Source: an uncultured Gammaproteobacteria bacterium (GTDB taxonomy: Bacteria; Patescibacteriota; Patescibacteriia; UBA2196; CAYSSY01). From it: a stretch of 64,000 nucleotides of DNA. The notes below the pieces were generated by a model. That model did not search any database. It had not been told where the DNA came from and saw only the letters and a program-made list of their open reading frames with translations. A program made the translations under genes and the position numbers. The DNA is taken from the NCBI GenBank assembly GCA_964434055.1, contig CAYSSY010000003.1, positions 10,372 through 74,371 of the forward strand. Direction: 5' to 3'. Shown here piece by piece: positions 34,235 to 41,978 of this stretch (position 1 is its first letter; each line of letters opens with the position of its first letter).

Positions 34235-34257
34235 AAAAGGCCTTAAAAAACAGGCCT
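34232..34257. terminator. Palindromic hairpin AGGCCT-N8-AGGCCT with flanking A-run, shared 3' end of glyA and the convergent small ORF
   Basis: The sequence AAAAAAGGCCTTAAAAAACAGGCCT forms the hairpin. On the minus strand the hairpin is followed by TTTTTT. Confidence 0.45.
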
Positions 34258-34525
34258 ACTGACAATTGTGTGTCACAGAAAAAATCCTTGACTGTTTAAA
34301 TATATGTGCCAATCCTGGTGTCTTTGGGTATAAATCATAAGAAATTTGACTTTCATTATCCAAAATTAATTCCTGAATAATCGCTCTTTTTAAACCATCA
34401 TGTTCCAAAGTTTTGTGTAAAGCATTGGGAGCAATATTGGCAATATGATGGTAAACGACCAGTCCATTTGGTTTTATAAATAAAACCTCATAGAAACTGT
34501 TTTCTTCTAATCGTCCTTCAATCAT
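34256..34525 (-). CDS. hypothetical small protein (downstream member of an overlapping two-gene cassette)
   Basis: It is 89 aa. Its ATG overlaps the stop of the upstream small ORF by 4 nt. No motif is recognised. Confidence 0.4.
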   Translation of the reverse strand: MIEGRLEENSFYEVLFIKPNGLVVYHHIANIAPNALHKTLEHDGLKRAIIQELILDNESQISYDLYPKTPGLAHIFKQSRIFSVTHNCQ

Positions 34526-34776
34526 AATATATGTACTCCATTGACTTCAAATAAAAAAGCAGTGTCGGTCCGGTTGGTTGGTGGATAGTCAATTGCTTTA
34601 GGTTCTTTCTCTCTTATGACCTCAATGAATCTTATTGAATTTAAATTCAATATCTCTTCCACTTCTGCTAGAGGAACTAGCCTGATACATTTTTGATCAC
34701 CATTAGAAAGTCGCATCATGGCCACAAACTTGGTTTCCGAAGTAAAAGGTTTAAGTTGATCTTTAAAATTTGACAT
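34522..34776 (-). CDS. hypothetical small protein (upstream member of the two-gene cassette)
   Basis: It is 84 aa. It lies on the opposite strand between glyA and folD. Confidence 0.4.
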   Translation of the reverse strand: MSNFKDQLKPFTSETKFVAMMRLSNGDQKCIRLVPLAEVEEILNLNSIRFIEVIREKEPKAIDYPPTNRTDTAFLFEVNGVHIL

Positions 34777-34833
34777 TGAACCCTCCTAAAAAAGTTAAAT
34801 TAAAAATAGCAAAATTCTTCTAATAATAAGCCT

Positions 34834-35676
34834 ATGATTAAAAAAAGTCAAGTCATCGACGGTCAAAAAATTGCCATTAAAGAACTGGCAGCATTAAAGA
34901 GCCAAATCCAAAAAAAACGAATTAAACCAGGACTGGCAGTGATTTTAGTCGGCCGTGATCCAGCCTCACAGCTTTATATAAAGCTCAAAGAAAATGCGGC
35001 CAAAAAAGTTGGCATTAATTTTTCCAAATACTTGCTGCCAGAAATGACAACTGAAAAAAAAATAATTAATTTAATAAAAAGTTTGAATAAGCAATCGGCT
35101 GTACATGGTATTATAGTTCAGCTGCCTCTTCCAAAACACTTGAATCCTGATAAAATTATTAACACAATAGACTACAGAAAAGATGCAGACGGCTTCCATA
35201 AAAAAAATTTGACCTCGTTAAAAAGTAAAACTTACTTTATTAAACCAGTTATGCTTGAAGTTGTATCAAACTTACTAAAATGGACAAAACGGAATTTTAA
35301 TAATCAACTGGCATGTTTAGTAGCTAACTCTAATAAATTCTTCGAACCATTTCAGTACTTCTTGCCATCAGCCTTTGGGCTCAGAATAACCACGGCCAAG
35401 GTTGGCCACCGCGATTTAAAAAATAAAGCCAGGCGTGCTGATGTTTTAATCGTAGCTCTGGGTAAACCGCATTTTATCAAAGCTGATTATGTTAAAAAAA
35501 ACGCTATAGTGATTGATATTGGTATTACTAAAAAGGGCACAAAAACCCTGGGGGATGTTGATTTTAATAAAGTTAAAAAAAAGGCTGGCTTTATTACGCC
35601 AGTGCCTGGAGGGGTTGGCCCTTTGACAGTCGCTTACCTTTTAAAAAACGTCTTTTTACTCGCCCATAAAAAATAG
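34834..35676 (+). CDS. folD: bifunctional methylenetetrahydrofolate dehydrogenase/cyclohydrolase
   Basis: The region GLAVILVGRDPASQLYIKLKENAAKKVGINF...GIIVQLPLPKHL is the FolD signature. It lies next to glyA, consistent with one-carbon metabolism. Confidence 0.9.
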   Translation: MIKKSQVIDGQKIAIKELAALKSQIQKKRIKPGLAVILVGRDPASQLYIKLKENAAKKVGINFSKYLLPEMTTEKKIINLIKSLNKQSAVHGIIVQLPLPKHLNPDKIINTIDYRKDADGFHKKNLTSLKSKTYFIKPVMLEVVSNLLKWTKRNFNNQLACLVANSNKFFEPFQYFLPSAFGLRITTAKVGHRDLKNKARRADVLIVALGKPHFIKADYVKKNAIVIDIGITKKGTKTLGDVDFNKVKKKAGFITPVPGGVGPLTVAYLLKNVFLLAHKK

Positions 35677-35696
35677 TCCAAAATTTGGACTATTTT

Positions 35697-36002
35697 TTAT
35701 TCAACCGAATTCTTGACCCATTTTAAATAATCTTGCGCTACTTTTTTTGCTTCATAAGCACAGATACATGGCACTTGATAAGAATGATATTTTTTCACAA
35801 GTAATTCTATATTCTTGATATTTTTCTTAGTTGTCTTGGCAAAAAGGATGACTTCTTTTGATTGTTTAATTTTACCTTGCCAAGAATAAAGAGAAGCACA
35901 AGGAAAAAAATTGGCGCAGGCAATTAGTTTATTTTCCAACAATAGGCGTGTAATTTTGACAGCCTCTTTTTTATTTAAAAAAGTCAGATAAATTAAATAC
36001 AT
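35697..36002 (-). CDS. cutA: divalent-cation tolerance protein CutA family
   Basis: It is 101 aa. The sequence LIACANFFPCASLYSWQGKI...EVILFAKT...YHSYQVPCI matches the CutA1 pattern. Confidence 0.7.
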   Translation of the reverse strand: MYLIYLTFLNKKEAVKITRLLLENKLIACANFFPCASLYSWQGKIKQSKEVILFAKTTKKNIKNIELLVKKYHSYQVPCICAYEAKKVAQDYLKWVKNSVE

Positions 36003-36062
36003 AAATTAAATAAAACTGGCATAGTTTTGAATTATACCTATTATTAAACAGTCACACATTTT

Positions 36063-36317
36063 TTAAGCCACTAGATATGCCAGATCGCCTTCTTTAACTG
36101 GCTGATCGACTTTCATGCCAACCAATTCACCAAGCTGCGCCGATAAAACATTCTGATGCTCAACTTGCATTGAGCTAACAGTTTGCTCAAAGTCCCGACC
36201 GTGTCCGACAAAATGAAGTTTATCGCCTTGTTTTAAACCACTGGCTAATTCTAAAATAGCGACACTCAAATGATCATAATAATGAGTGACTTTGCCAATA
36301 ATTTTTTCTCCAGCCAT
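36063..36317 (-). CDS. hypothetical small beta-rich protein (possibly EF-Tu domain-2-like barrel)
   Basis: It is 84 aa. The sequence GKVTHYYDHLSVAILELASGLKQGDKLHFVG is reminiscent of standalone translation-factor domain-2 barrels, but the assignment is weak. Confidence 0.35.
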   Translation of the reverse strand: MAGEKIIGKVTHYYDHLSVAILELASGLKQGDKLHFVGHGRDFEQTVSSMQVEHQNVLSAQLGELVGMKVDQPVKEGDLAYLVA

Positions 36318-36373
36318 ATATTTTTATTTGTTTAGTTAAGACCTTTAATAATATAAATAAAACATATAAATAT

Positions 36374-36913
36374 TTAGGCCCAACTAACCGGGACTCGATA
36401 TGACTGCCAGCCACCTTTAAATAAAATCTCTTTATTTTTTAAACCATGCTCATAAATGTCTCTGGTAATTTTGACATCATGCAAACAATATTCTTTTAAT
36501 TTATCCAACTCTTGGCGTTGCCACATTTTAATTGCCTCCAAACCATCACTTGTTTTTCCAAGACCCAAAGTGCCTTGAGCGACAGAATCTAAATTAACCC
36601 GATAACCAAGCTGCTTTTCAATTTCTTCTAAAATATCCAAGTGTTGCTGGCGATTGGTGTCCAGCTGTTTGAAATGTGCGCTAACGATTGGCCAATCAAA
36701 ATTCTTGGTATTAAAACCAATAACTAAATCGGTCTGTCTCAATAGTGCTTCCAATAAAGGAAAATCCTCCTGGGTAAAAGCATAAAATTTATCCTCAGGA
36801 TACCAATAAACCCCAGCGACGGAAATCTTTAGTTGGCGCAAGTTAGCCTTACCACCAACATCACTGAATGAATTCTGAGTTTCCAAATCTATTACCAATT
36901 TATTCATAGGCAA
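36374..36913 (-). CDS. DEDDh-family 3'-5' exonuclease (DnaQ/RNase T-like)
   Basis: The Exo I motif is LVIDLETQN and the C-terminal motif is YCLHDVKITRDIY (H-x4-D). It lies immediately downstream of xseB. Confidence 0.65.
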   Translation of the reverse strand: MPMNKLVIDLETQNSFSDVGGKANLRQLKISVAGVYWYPEDKFYAFTQEDFPLLEALLRQTDLVIGFNTKNFDWPIVSAHFKQLDTNRQQHLDILEEIEKQLGYRVNLDSVAQGTLGLGKTSDGLEAIKMWQRQELDKLKEYCLHDVKITRDIYEHGLKNKEILFKGGWQSYRVPVSWA

Positions 36914-37144
36914 TTATTCCTCCACTCCTTCCGAGTCGCTGCGCATCTTTTTCTTAATTTCAACAATTTTATTTTCCACTTCGTTCAAACGTTTCTTAAG
37001 CTCACCAGCTAGTTGCAGCCCTTGTTCAAATTTAATCAAACTTTCATCAAGATCCAAATTGCCTTTTTCAAATTCTGACACAATTGTCTCTAACTCCTTA
37101 AATGAAGTTTGAAAATTAAAACTATTTTTTTTGGTGTTTGTCAT
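36914..37144 (-). CDS. xseB: exodeoxyribonuclease VII small subunit
   Basis: It is a 76-aa coiled-coil protein with FEQGLQLAGELKKRLNEVENKI, the XseB signature. Confidence 0.8.
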   Translation of the reverse strand: MTNTKKNSFNFQTSFKELETIVSEFEKGNLDLDESLIKFEQGLQLAGELKKRLNEVENKIVEIKKKMRSDSEGVEE

Positions 37145-37150
37145 AAAAAA

Positions 37151-38386
37151 TTAATTATTTTTAATTATTTGTGATATTACCGTCCCGTCTTGAAACTGAG
37201 TCTTTATTTTTTCATTATCACTCAACTCGCGGGAACTTTTAACAATTTTACCATTTTTACTGGTTAATGTGAAACCTCTCTTTAATGTCGCCTGAGGTGA
37301 AAGTCTCTTTAGTAATTCTATACTATGTTGTATTTTTATGCTGATATTTTCAACTCTATTAGCGAGAATTGTTACCATGTTATTATGACAATTGGTTAGC
37401 TTTTGCTTGTAAAAAATGACCCGCTGATTTAAAAAGTTTGTGGCATGTTCAAAATTAAGCAATAATTGATTGACTTCAAACAAGCTTCCAGCCAAACTCT
37501 CATCCAAAGATTTGAGTAAATTTTTTATTAATTGTTTATAATCATTAATCGCACCTGTTAAGGTCCGCTCCGCCATTAAAATTAATTGCTCAATTTTAAA
37601 TTTAAGTTCTCGTTTGTGTGGCACTACAATTTCTGCAGCGTTAGTTGGGGTGGAAGCACGAACATCAGCCGCCAGTTCAGCCAAACAAACATCTCGTTCG
37701 TGACCAATTCCGCAAATAATTGGAGTCTTCGAAGCAAAAACAGCTCGGACCACGCGTTCTTCATTAAACGGTTGGTAATCTTCAAGGCTGCCACCGCCCC
37801 GAGTCAAAATTAAAACATCACATGGCCGTTCTTCATTAAAATACCTTAAGGCTTCAATAATCTGCTTAGCCGCACCGACGCCTTGTACTTTGATAGGATA
37901 AAAAAATATATCCAATCCACCCCAACGTTCATTAAGTCTCTTAATAATATCTTTATATGCTGCCCCATCTTTGGCGGTGATAATGCCAATTGAACGGGGA
38001 AAGGCCGGTAGATTTTTTTTATGTTGTTCTAAAAAAAGTCCTTCTGCAGCCAACTTTTTTTTAAGTTCCAGATAAGCTTTTTGTAATGCACCTTCGCCGA
38101 TCAGTTCTACTTCTTGGACAAATAAATAAAACTGTCCTGATTTTTGAAAAAGTTTCGGGACACCATAAATTTTCAGTTCCAATCCATCTTTCAACGGCAC
38201 GTTCAAATTGTATATCAAAGCAAAACAATTTACTTGTGATTTATCGTCTTTTAGAGTAAAAAAAACTGACTGACCTCGCGGTTCGCGATAGCCAGAAACC
38301 TCCCCCTGAATACAAACCGTGCCAAAACTTTCACTTAAAAAAGTGGAAATTAAGTTGACAAATTCTGAAACTGAGAGAATCTTCAT
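37151..38386 (-). CDS. xseA: exodeoxyribonuclease VII large subunit
   Basis: It has an N-terminal OB-fold (LSVSEFVNLISTFLESFGTVCIQGEVSGY) and a catalytic core. The 411-aa length fits XseA. Confidence 0.9.
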   Translation of the reverse strand: MKILSVSEFVNLISTFLSESFGTVCIQGEVSGYREPRGQSVFFTLKDDKSQVNCFALIYNLNVPLKDGLELKIYGVPKLFQKSGQFYLFVQEVELIGEGALQKAYLELKKKLAAEGLFLEQHKKNLPAFPRSIGIITAKDGAAYKDIIKRLNERWGGLDIFFYPIKVQGVGAAKQIIEALRYFNEERPCDVLILTRGGGSLEDYQPFNEERVVRAVFASKTPIICGIGHERDVCLAELAADVRASTPTNAAEIVVPHKRELKFKIEQLILMAERTLTGAINDYKQLIKNLLKSLDESLAGSLFEVNQLLLNFEHATNFLNQRVIFYKQKLTNCHNNMVTILANRVENISIKIQHSIELLKRLSPQATLKRGFTLTSKNGKIVKSSRELSDNEKIKTQFQDGTVISQIIKNN

Positions 38387-38391
38387 AAAAT

Positions 38392-38868
38392 TTATTTTTT
38401 TCTGGTAACATTTTTAAACCAATCAGTCCATTCACGATTGGCTTTCTCGTCTTTTGTCTCACCTTGATAAATAAACCAAAAATCAGTTGGTGTAACCATC
38501 TGAATTCCTTGGTATTCTTCTAACTCCAATAAATGCGAATCTTCAGTAATAATATAATCAGCTTTGACGGTTAGAGCGCAGTTAATAAACTTATCATCTT
38601 CAGAATCATGTTTTATCACCTGAACATTATGATAAACAGGTGCTATTACTAATTGTGCCAAAAATAAATCAAAACTTTGCCGCTCCTTTGCGTTAACTAA
38701 AATGCGATCTAAAATTAAATTATTTTCTTTTAAAATTTTTTCCGAAGCATAAGCAATAACCTGCCCCGTCAGAACTAAGTTAATTACTTTCCAAGCATAA
38801 CTGAAAGAATCATGCGAAGAATTTATAAGAATATTGGTATCAATAATTACTTTGTACATATGTATCAA
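38392..38868 (-). CDS. PIN-domain nuclease
   Basis: It starts YKVIIDTNILI, and D/E residues are spaced as in PIN folds (ITEDSHLL). It is 158 aa, lies 5 nt upstream of xseA, and has no cognate antitoxin ORF. Confidence 0.7.
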   Translation of the reverse strand: MIHMYKVIIDTNILINSSHDSFSYAWKVINLVLTGQVIAYASEKILKENNLILDRILVNAKERQSFDLFLAQLVIAPVYHNVQVIKHDSEDDKFINCALTVKADYIITEDSHLLELEEYQGIQMVTPTDFWFIYQGETKDEKANREWTDWFKNVTRKK

Positions 38869-39035
38869 TTCTAAAGTATCTCTCTCATTTGTTCAATATC
38901 AATTATAAATCTTGCTGTTTATTGTAAATTAATTGTTTAAAATGACTGGGAGTCTCAGCCTTTGACAAAAAAAACAGATTATGTTAATCTTCAAATATGA
39001 AAAATATTTATCAGTTTTTATTTAACAAATAATTT

Positions 39036-39479
39036 ATGCCTCAATACGAACTAGTCTATATCATACCGACAACATTAGCGGACGAAGAAATTAACAAAAC
39101 TAAAGAAGAAATCAGTAAAATAGCCAATGAAATAGGCTTAAAAATTATTAAGGAAGAATTGCTAGGAAAAAAGAAAATGGCTTATGGTATAAAAAAAGTC
39201 AGACACGGAAATTATTATTCCTTGGTATTTGATGGTCAGGGCGATCAACTAGAAAAGTTAAAAAGGGAATTAAAATTAAACCACACAGTTGTCCGCAGTG
39301 TCATAACTCGCTGGCAGCCGGAAAAAGTAATAAATAGTCTGCCAAAAGAACCAAGAAAATTAAAGCCTAAAAAAGAAGAAGAAAAAATAGTTACTGAACC
39401 GGAAACGCCAAAAATTAAGGTCTCTTTAGAGGACTTGGACAAAAAACTAGATGAAATTTTAGAAGGTAATATAGAGTAG
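39036..39479 (+). CDS. rpsF: 30S ribosomal protein S6 (with acidic/basic C-terminal extension)
   Basis: The sequence YELVYIIPTTL...KKKMAYGIKKVRHGNYYSLVFDG is the S6 signature. It is the first gene of an rpsF-ssb-rpsR operon. Confidence 0.9.
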   Translation: MPQYELVYIIPTTLADEEINKTKEEISKIANEIGLKIIKEELLGKKKMAYGIKKVRHGNYYSLVFDGQGDQLEKLKRELKLNHTVVRSVITRWQPEKVINSLPKEPRKLKPKKEEEKIVTEPETPKIKVSLEDLDKKLDEILEGNIE

Positions 39480-39519
39480 TTATTTTTCTAAAAATAAATT
39501 TAGCAGTTAACAAAAATAT

Positions 39520-39960
39520 ATGAATCTTAACAAAGCCATGATTATTGGCAATTTAACAAGAGCCCCTGAGGTGAAGACCACGCCCGACGGCACAAATGTT
39601 GCTACCTTTTCAGTAGCTACTAATTTTGTCTGGAATAGCCCGCAAAGTGGTCGCCAAGAACGAGTTGAATACCATAACATTGTTGCTTGGAGAAAATTAG
39701 CTGAGATCTGCTCTCAATATCTAAAAAAAGGGAGTAAGGTTTACATCGAGGGTCGACTACAAACAAGAAATTGGGATGATCAAAATGGCACTAAACATTA
39801 TCGAACAGAGATAGTCGCCGAAAATATGATTATGTTAGATCGAATCTCTAGCTCGGGTGATAAAAGCCAACCTTCAAATTCAGAACCTGAGACAATCCAG
39901 CTCGAAGATGAACGAACCGATCCGGAAAAAGGTATTGATGTTGATAATGTACCCTTTTAA
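39520..39960 (+). CDS. ssb: single-stranded DNA-binding protein
   Basis: The OB-fold starts NKAMIIGNLTRAPEV...VATNFVW. It also has YHNIVAWRKLAE and an acidic C-terminal tip ending DVDNVPF. Confidence 0.9.
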   Translation: MNLNKAMIIGNLTRAPEVKTTPDGTNVATFSVATNFVWNSPQSGRQERVEYHNIVAWRKLAEICSQYLKKGSKVYIEGRLQTRNWDDQNGTKHYRTEIVAENMIMLDRISSSGDKSQPSNSEPETIQLEDERTDPEKGIDVDNVPF

Positions 39961-39983
39961 CAGTTAATTAATAAAAATAAAAT

Positions 39984-40202
39984 ATGACTTCATCAACTAA
40001 TGAAAAACATTGTTATTACTGCATAAACAATGTAGAAAAAATTGATTGGAAAGATATCGCGACTTTACAGCGTTTTGTTTCGCACTATGCCCGAATAGTC
40101 CCTAGAAAAAGAACTGGGTTGTGTAACAAGCACCAGAGAAAAATAGCCCTAGCAATCAAAAGAGCAAGAACTATGGGCCTTCTACCATATATTAAAACTT
40201 AA
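39984..40202 (+). CDS. rpsR: 30S ribosomal protein S18
   Basis: It carries CYYC...IDWKDIATLQRFVS...IVPRKRTGLCNKHQRKIALAIKRARTMGLLPY. Confidence 0.9.
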   Translation: MTSSTNEKHCYYCINNVEKIDWKDIATLQRFVSHYARIVPRKRTGLCNKHQRKIALAIKRARTMGLLPYIKT

Positions 40203-40214
40203 TAACTAAAAAAA

Positions 40215-40242
40215 CCTCCATGATCGGAGGCTTTTTTGTTTT
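40215..40242. terminator. Bidirectional rho-independent terminator between rpsR (+) and recA (-)
   Basis: The hairpin CCTCC-ATGATC-GGAGG is preceded by AAAAAAA and followed by CTTTTTTGTTTT. Confidence 0.7.
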
Positions 40243-40249
40243 CAAAAAA

Positions 40250-41263
40250 TTAAACGGCTTCCCCCGCTTTACGCCAAATCTGCTTTGATATCTCTGATAT
40301 CAATTTTTTATCTTGCCTTAAAAACGACTTAGCATTTTCCCGACCAACACCTAATTTAACATCGCCATATGAAAATGTCGTTCCACTTTTGCTGATCAGA
40401 TTATATTTAATACCTAAATCTAAAATATCACCAGCAAGAGATATCCCTTCATTATACATAACATCAAACTCAGCCGTTTTAAAGGGCGGGGCAACTTTAT
40501 TTTTAACAACCTTTGCTTTAACCCGGTTGCCGACAATATTTTCACCCATTTTTATTTGCGCCAATCTTTTTAATTCAATCCGAACTGATGAATAAAATTT
40601 TAGCGCCATGCCACCAGTAGTCGTTTCTGGATTTCCGAAAACAATACCGATTTTTTGTCTAGTTTGATTTAAAAAAACTACACATGTTTTTGATTTTGAA
40701 ACAATGGCCGTTAATTTCCTTAGAGCTTGGCTCATTAATCTGGCCTGTAAAGCTATATGCGTATCGCCCATCTCACCCTCAATTTCTTGTCTGGGGGTCA
40801 AAGCCGCCACAGAATCAACTATAATAATATCAACACTATTTGACCTGACTAAAGTTTCCACGATATCTAAAGCTTGTTCACCAGAATCTGGTTGTGACAC
40901 TAAAAGATCATTAATATTTACACCTATTTTTTTGGCATATTCTGGATCGAGTGCGTGTTCAGCATCAACAAAAGCAGCTGTACCACCCCGCTTCTGAACT
41001 TCACAAATTATGTGTTGCGCCAACGTCGTCTTGCCTGATGCTTCAGCGCCATAAATTTCTATAATCCGACCTCTCGGTACTCCACCAACACCTAAAGCTA
41101 CATCTAAAGAAAGGCAACCAGTCGAAATCACCTCAACTTGCATAGCTTTTGCTTCACCAAATTTCATTATTGAACCATCACCAAACTTTTCCCTAATCTG
41201 ATTAATTGCCGTTTCCACCGCTTGATTTTGATTTTTATCTAAGTCGTGTTTTTTTTCTACCAT
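40250..41263 (-). CDS. recA: recombinase RecA
   Basis: It carries the P-loop [23 protein letters not shown] and the L1/L2 loop regions. The 337-aa length fits RecA. Confidence 0.95.
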   Translation of the reverse strand: MVEKKHDLDKNQNQAVETAINQIREKFGDGSIMKFGEAKAMQVEVISTGCLSLDVALGVGGVPRGRIIEIYGAEASGKTTLAQHIICEVQKRGGTAAFVDAEHALDPEYAKKIGVNINDLLVSQPDSGEQALDIVETLVRSNSVDIIIVDSVAALTPRQEIEGEMGDTHIALQARLMSQALRKLTAIVSKSKTCVVFLNQTRQKIGIVFGNPETTTGGMALKFYSSVRIELKRLAQIKMGENIVGNRVKAKVVKNKVAPPFKTAEFDVMYNEGISLAGDILDLGIKYNLISKSGTTFSYGDVKLGVGRENAKSFLRQDKKLISEISKQIWRKAGEAV

Positions 41264-41284
41264 ATAAATAAATTATTTATTAAT

Positions 41285-41974
41285 CTAATTACTCTCTCCA
41301 GATTCAATAACATTAATCCGCCTAATAATAACTGATTCTTTGCCGTATCTTTTTTTCGCTTGCAACTTTATTATATTTAAACCACTCTTTAAGTCAAGTG
41401 TTTTTTGAAAGAATCCCTTTTCGTCAATTCCCAAATCTTCACCATTAAGCATTAAACGAACTTCGTTGTCAACTTGCCCTCTTAATTCAATAGTATGACC
41501 AGTAATAATCAAATCTTCCTGAGGAAAAAATAAATTAATCTTCGGTGGCGAAATTAAAGCATTAACTTTAAACCCCAAATAAAAAATAAGGCCGCAAATT
41601 ACCAAAAAAAATAAAATATTACGCAAGAAATTAGGATAACTGATTAATAAACTTTTCCGTACAACCTCTTGACCAAGATCTTGTTGAAATTTATTTTTAT
41701 TGTCTCTTACGTTTTGTTTGACAGGATTTATTTTTTCAAAACCAGTTATCTCCAGGTAATGGCTATACTTCTTCAAAAAGTTATTCAAATATATTTCTCC
41801 AGGAAAAACTGACCAATTATCATTTTCGATTGCTTCTAAATACTTTTTGCTAATTTTCAATTTACTACTTATTTCCTCAAGAGTTAAACCAAACTCTTTT
41901 CTTTTTTTTCTCAGTGTTTCCCCTAATGATTCAGAACTTTTAATCTGACGGAAAGAAAATGACTTTAAAGACAT
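41285..41974 (-). CDS. rodZ: RodZ-like HTH (XRE-type) transmembrane protein
   Basis: It has an HTH (LGETLRKKRKEFGLTLEEISSKLKISKKYLEAIEND), then a TM helix and a C-terminal beta domain. The start is taken at the ATG at 41974, 4 nt after the ftsK stop; the ORF-track extension to 42061 overlaps ftsK. Confidence 0.6.
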   Translation of the reverse strand: MSLKSFSFRQIKSSESLGETLRKKRKEFGLTLEEISSKLKISKKYLEAIENDNWSVFPGEIYLNNFLKKYSHYLEITGFEKINPVKQNVRDNKNKFQQDLGQEVVRKSLLISYPNFLRNILFFLVICGLIFYLGFKVNALISPPKINLFFPQEDLIITGHTIELRGQVDNEVRLMLNGEDLGIDEKGFFQKTLDLKSGLNIIKLQAKKRYGKESVIIRRINVIESGESN

Positions 41975-41978
41975 AATT

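Noticed and set aside
40250-41263. RecA P-loop reads GAEASGKT, not the common GPESSGKT
   Set aside because: It still satisfies the Walker A motif GxxxxGK[TS]. This is a minor lineage variation and not evidence of pseudogenisation.
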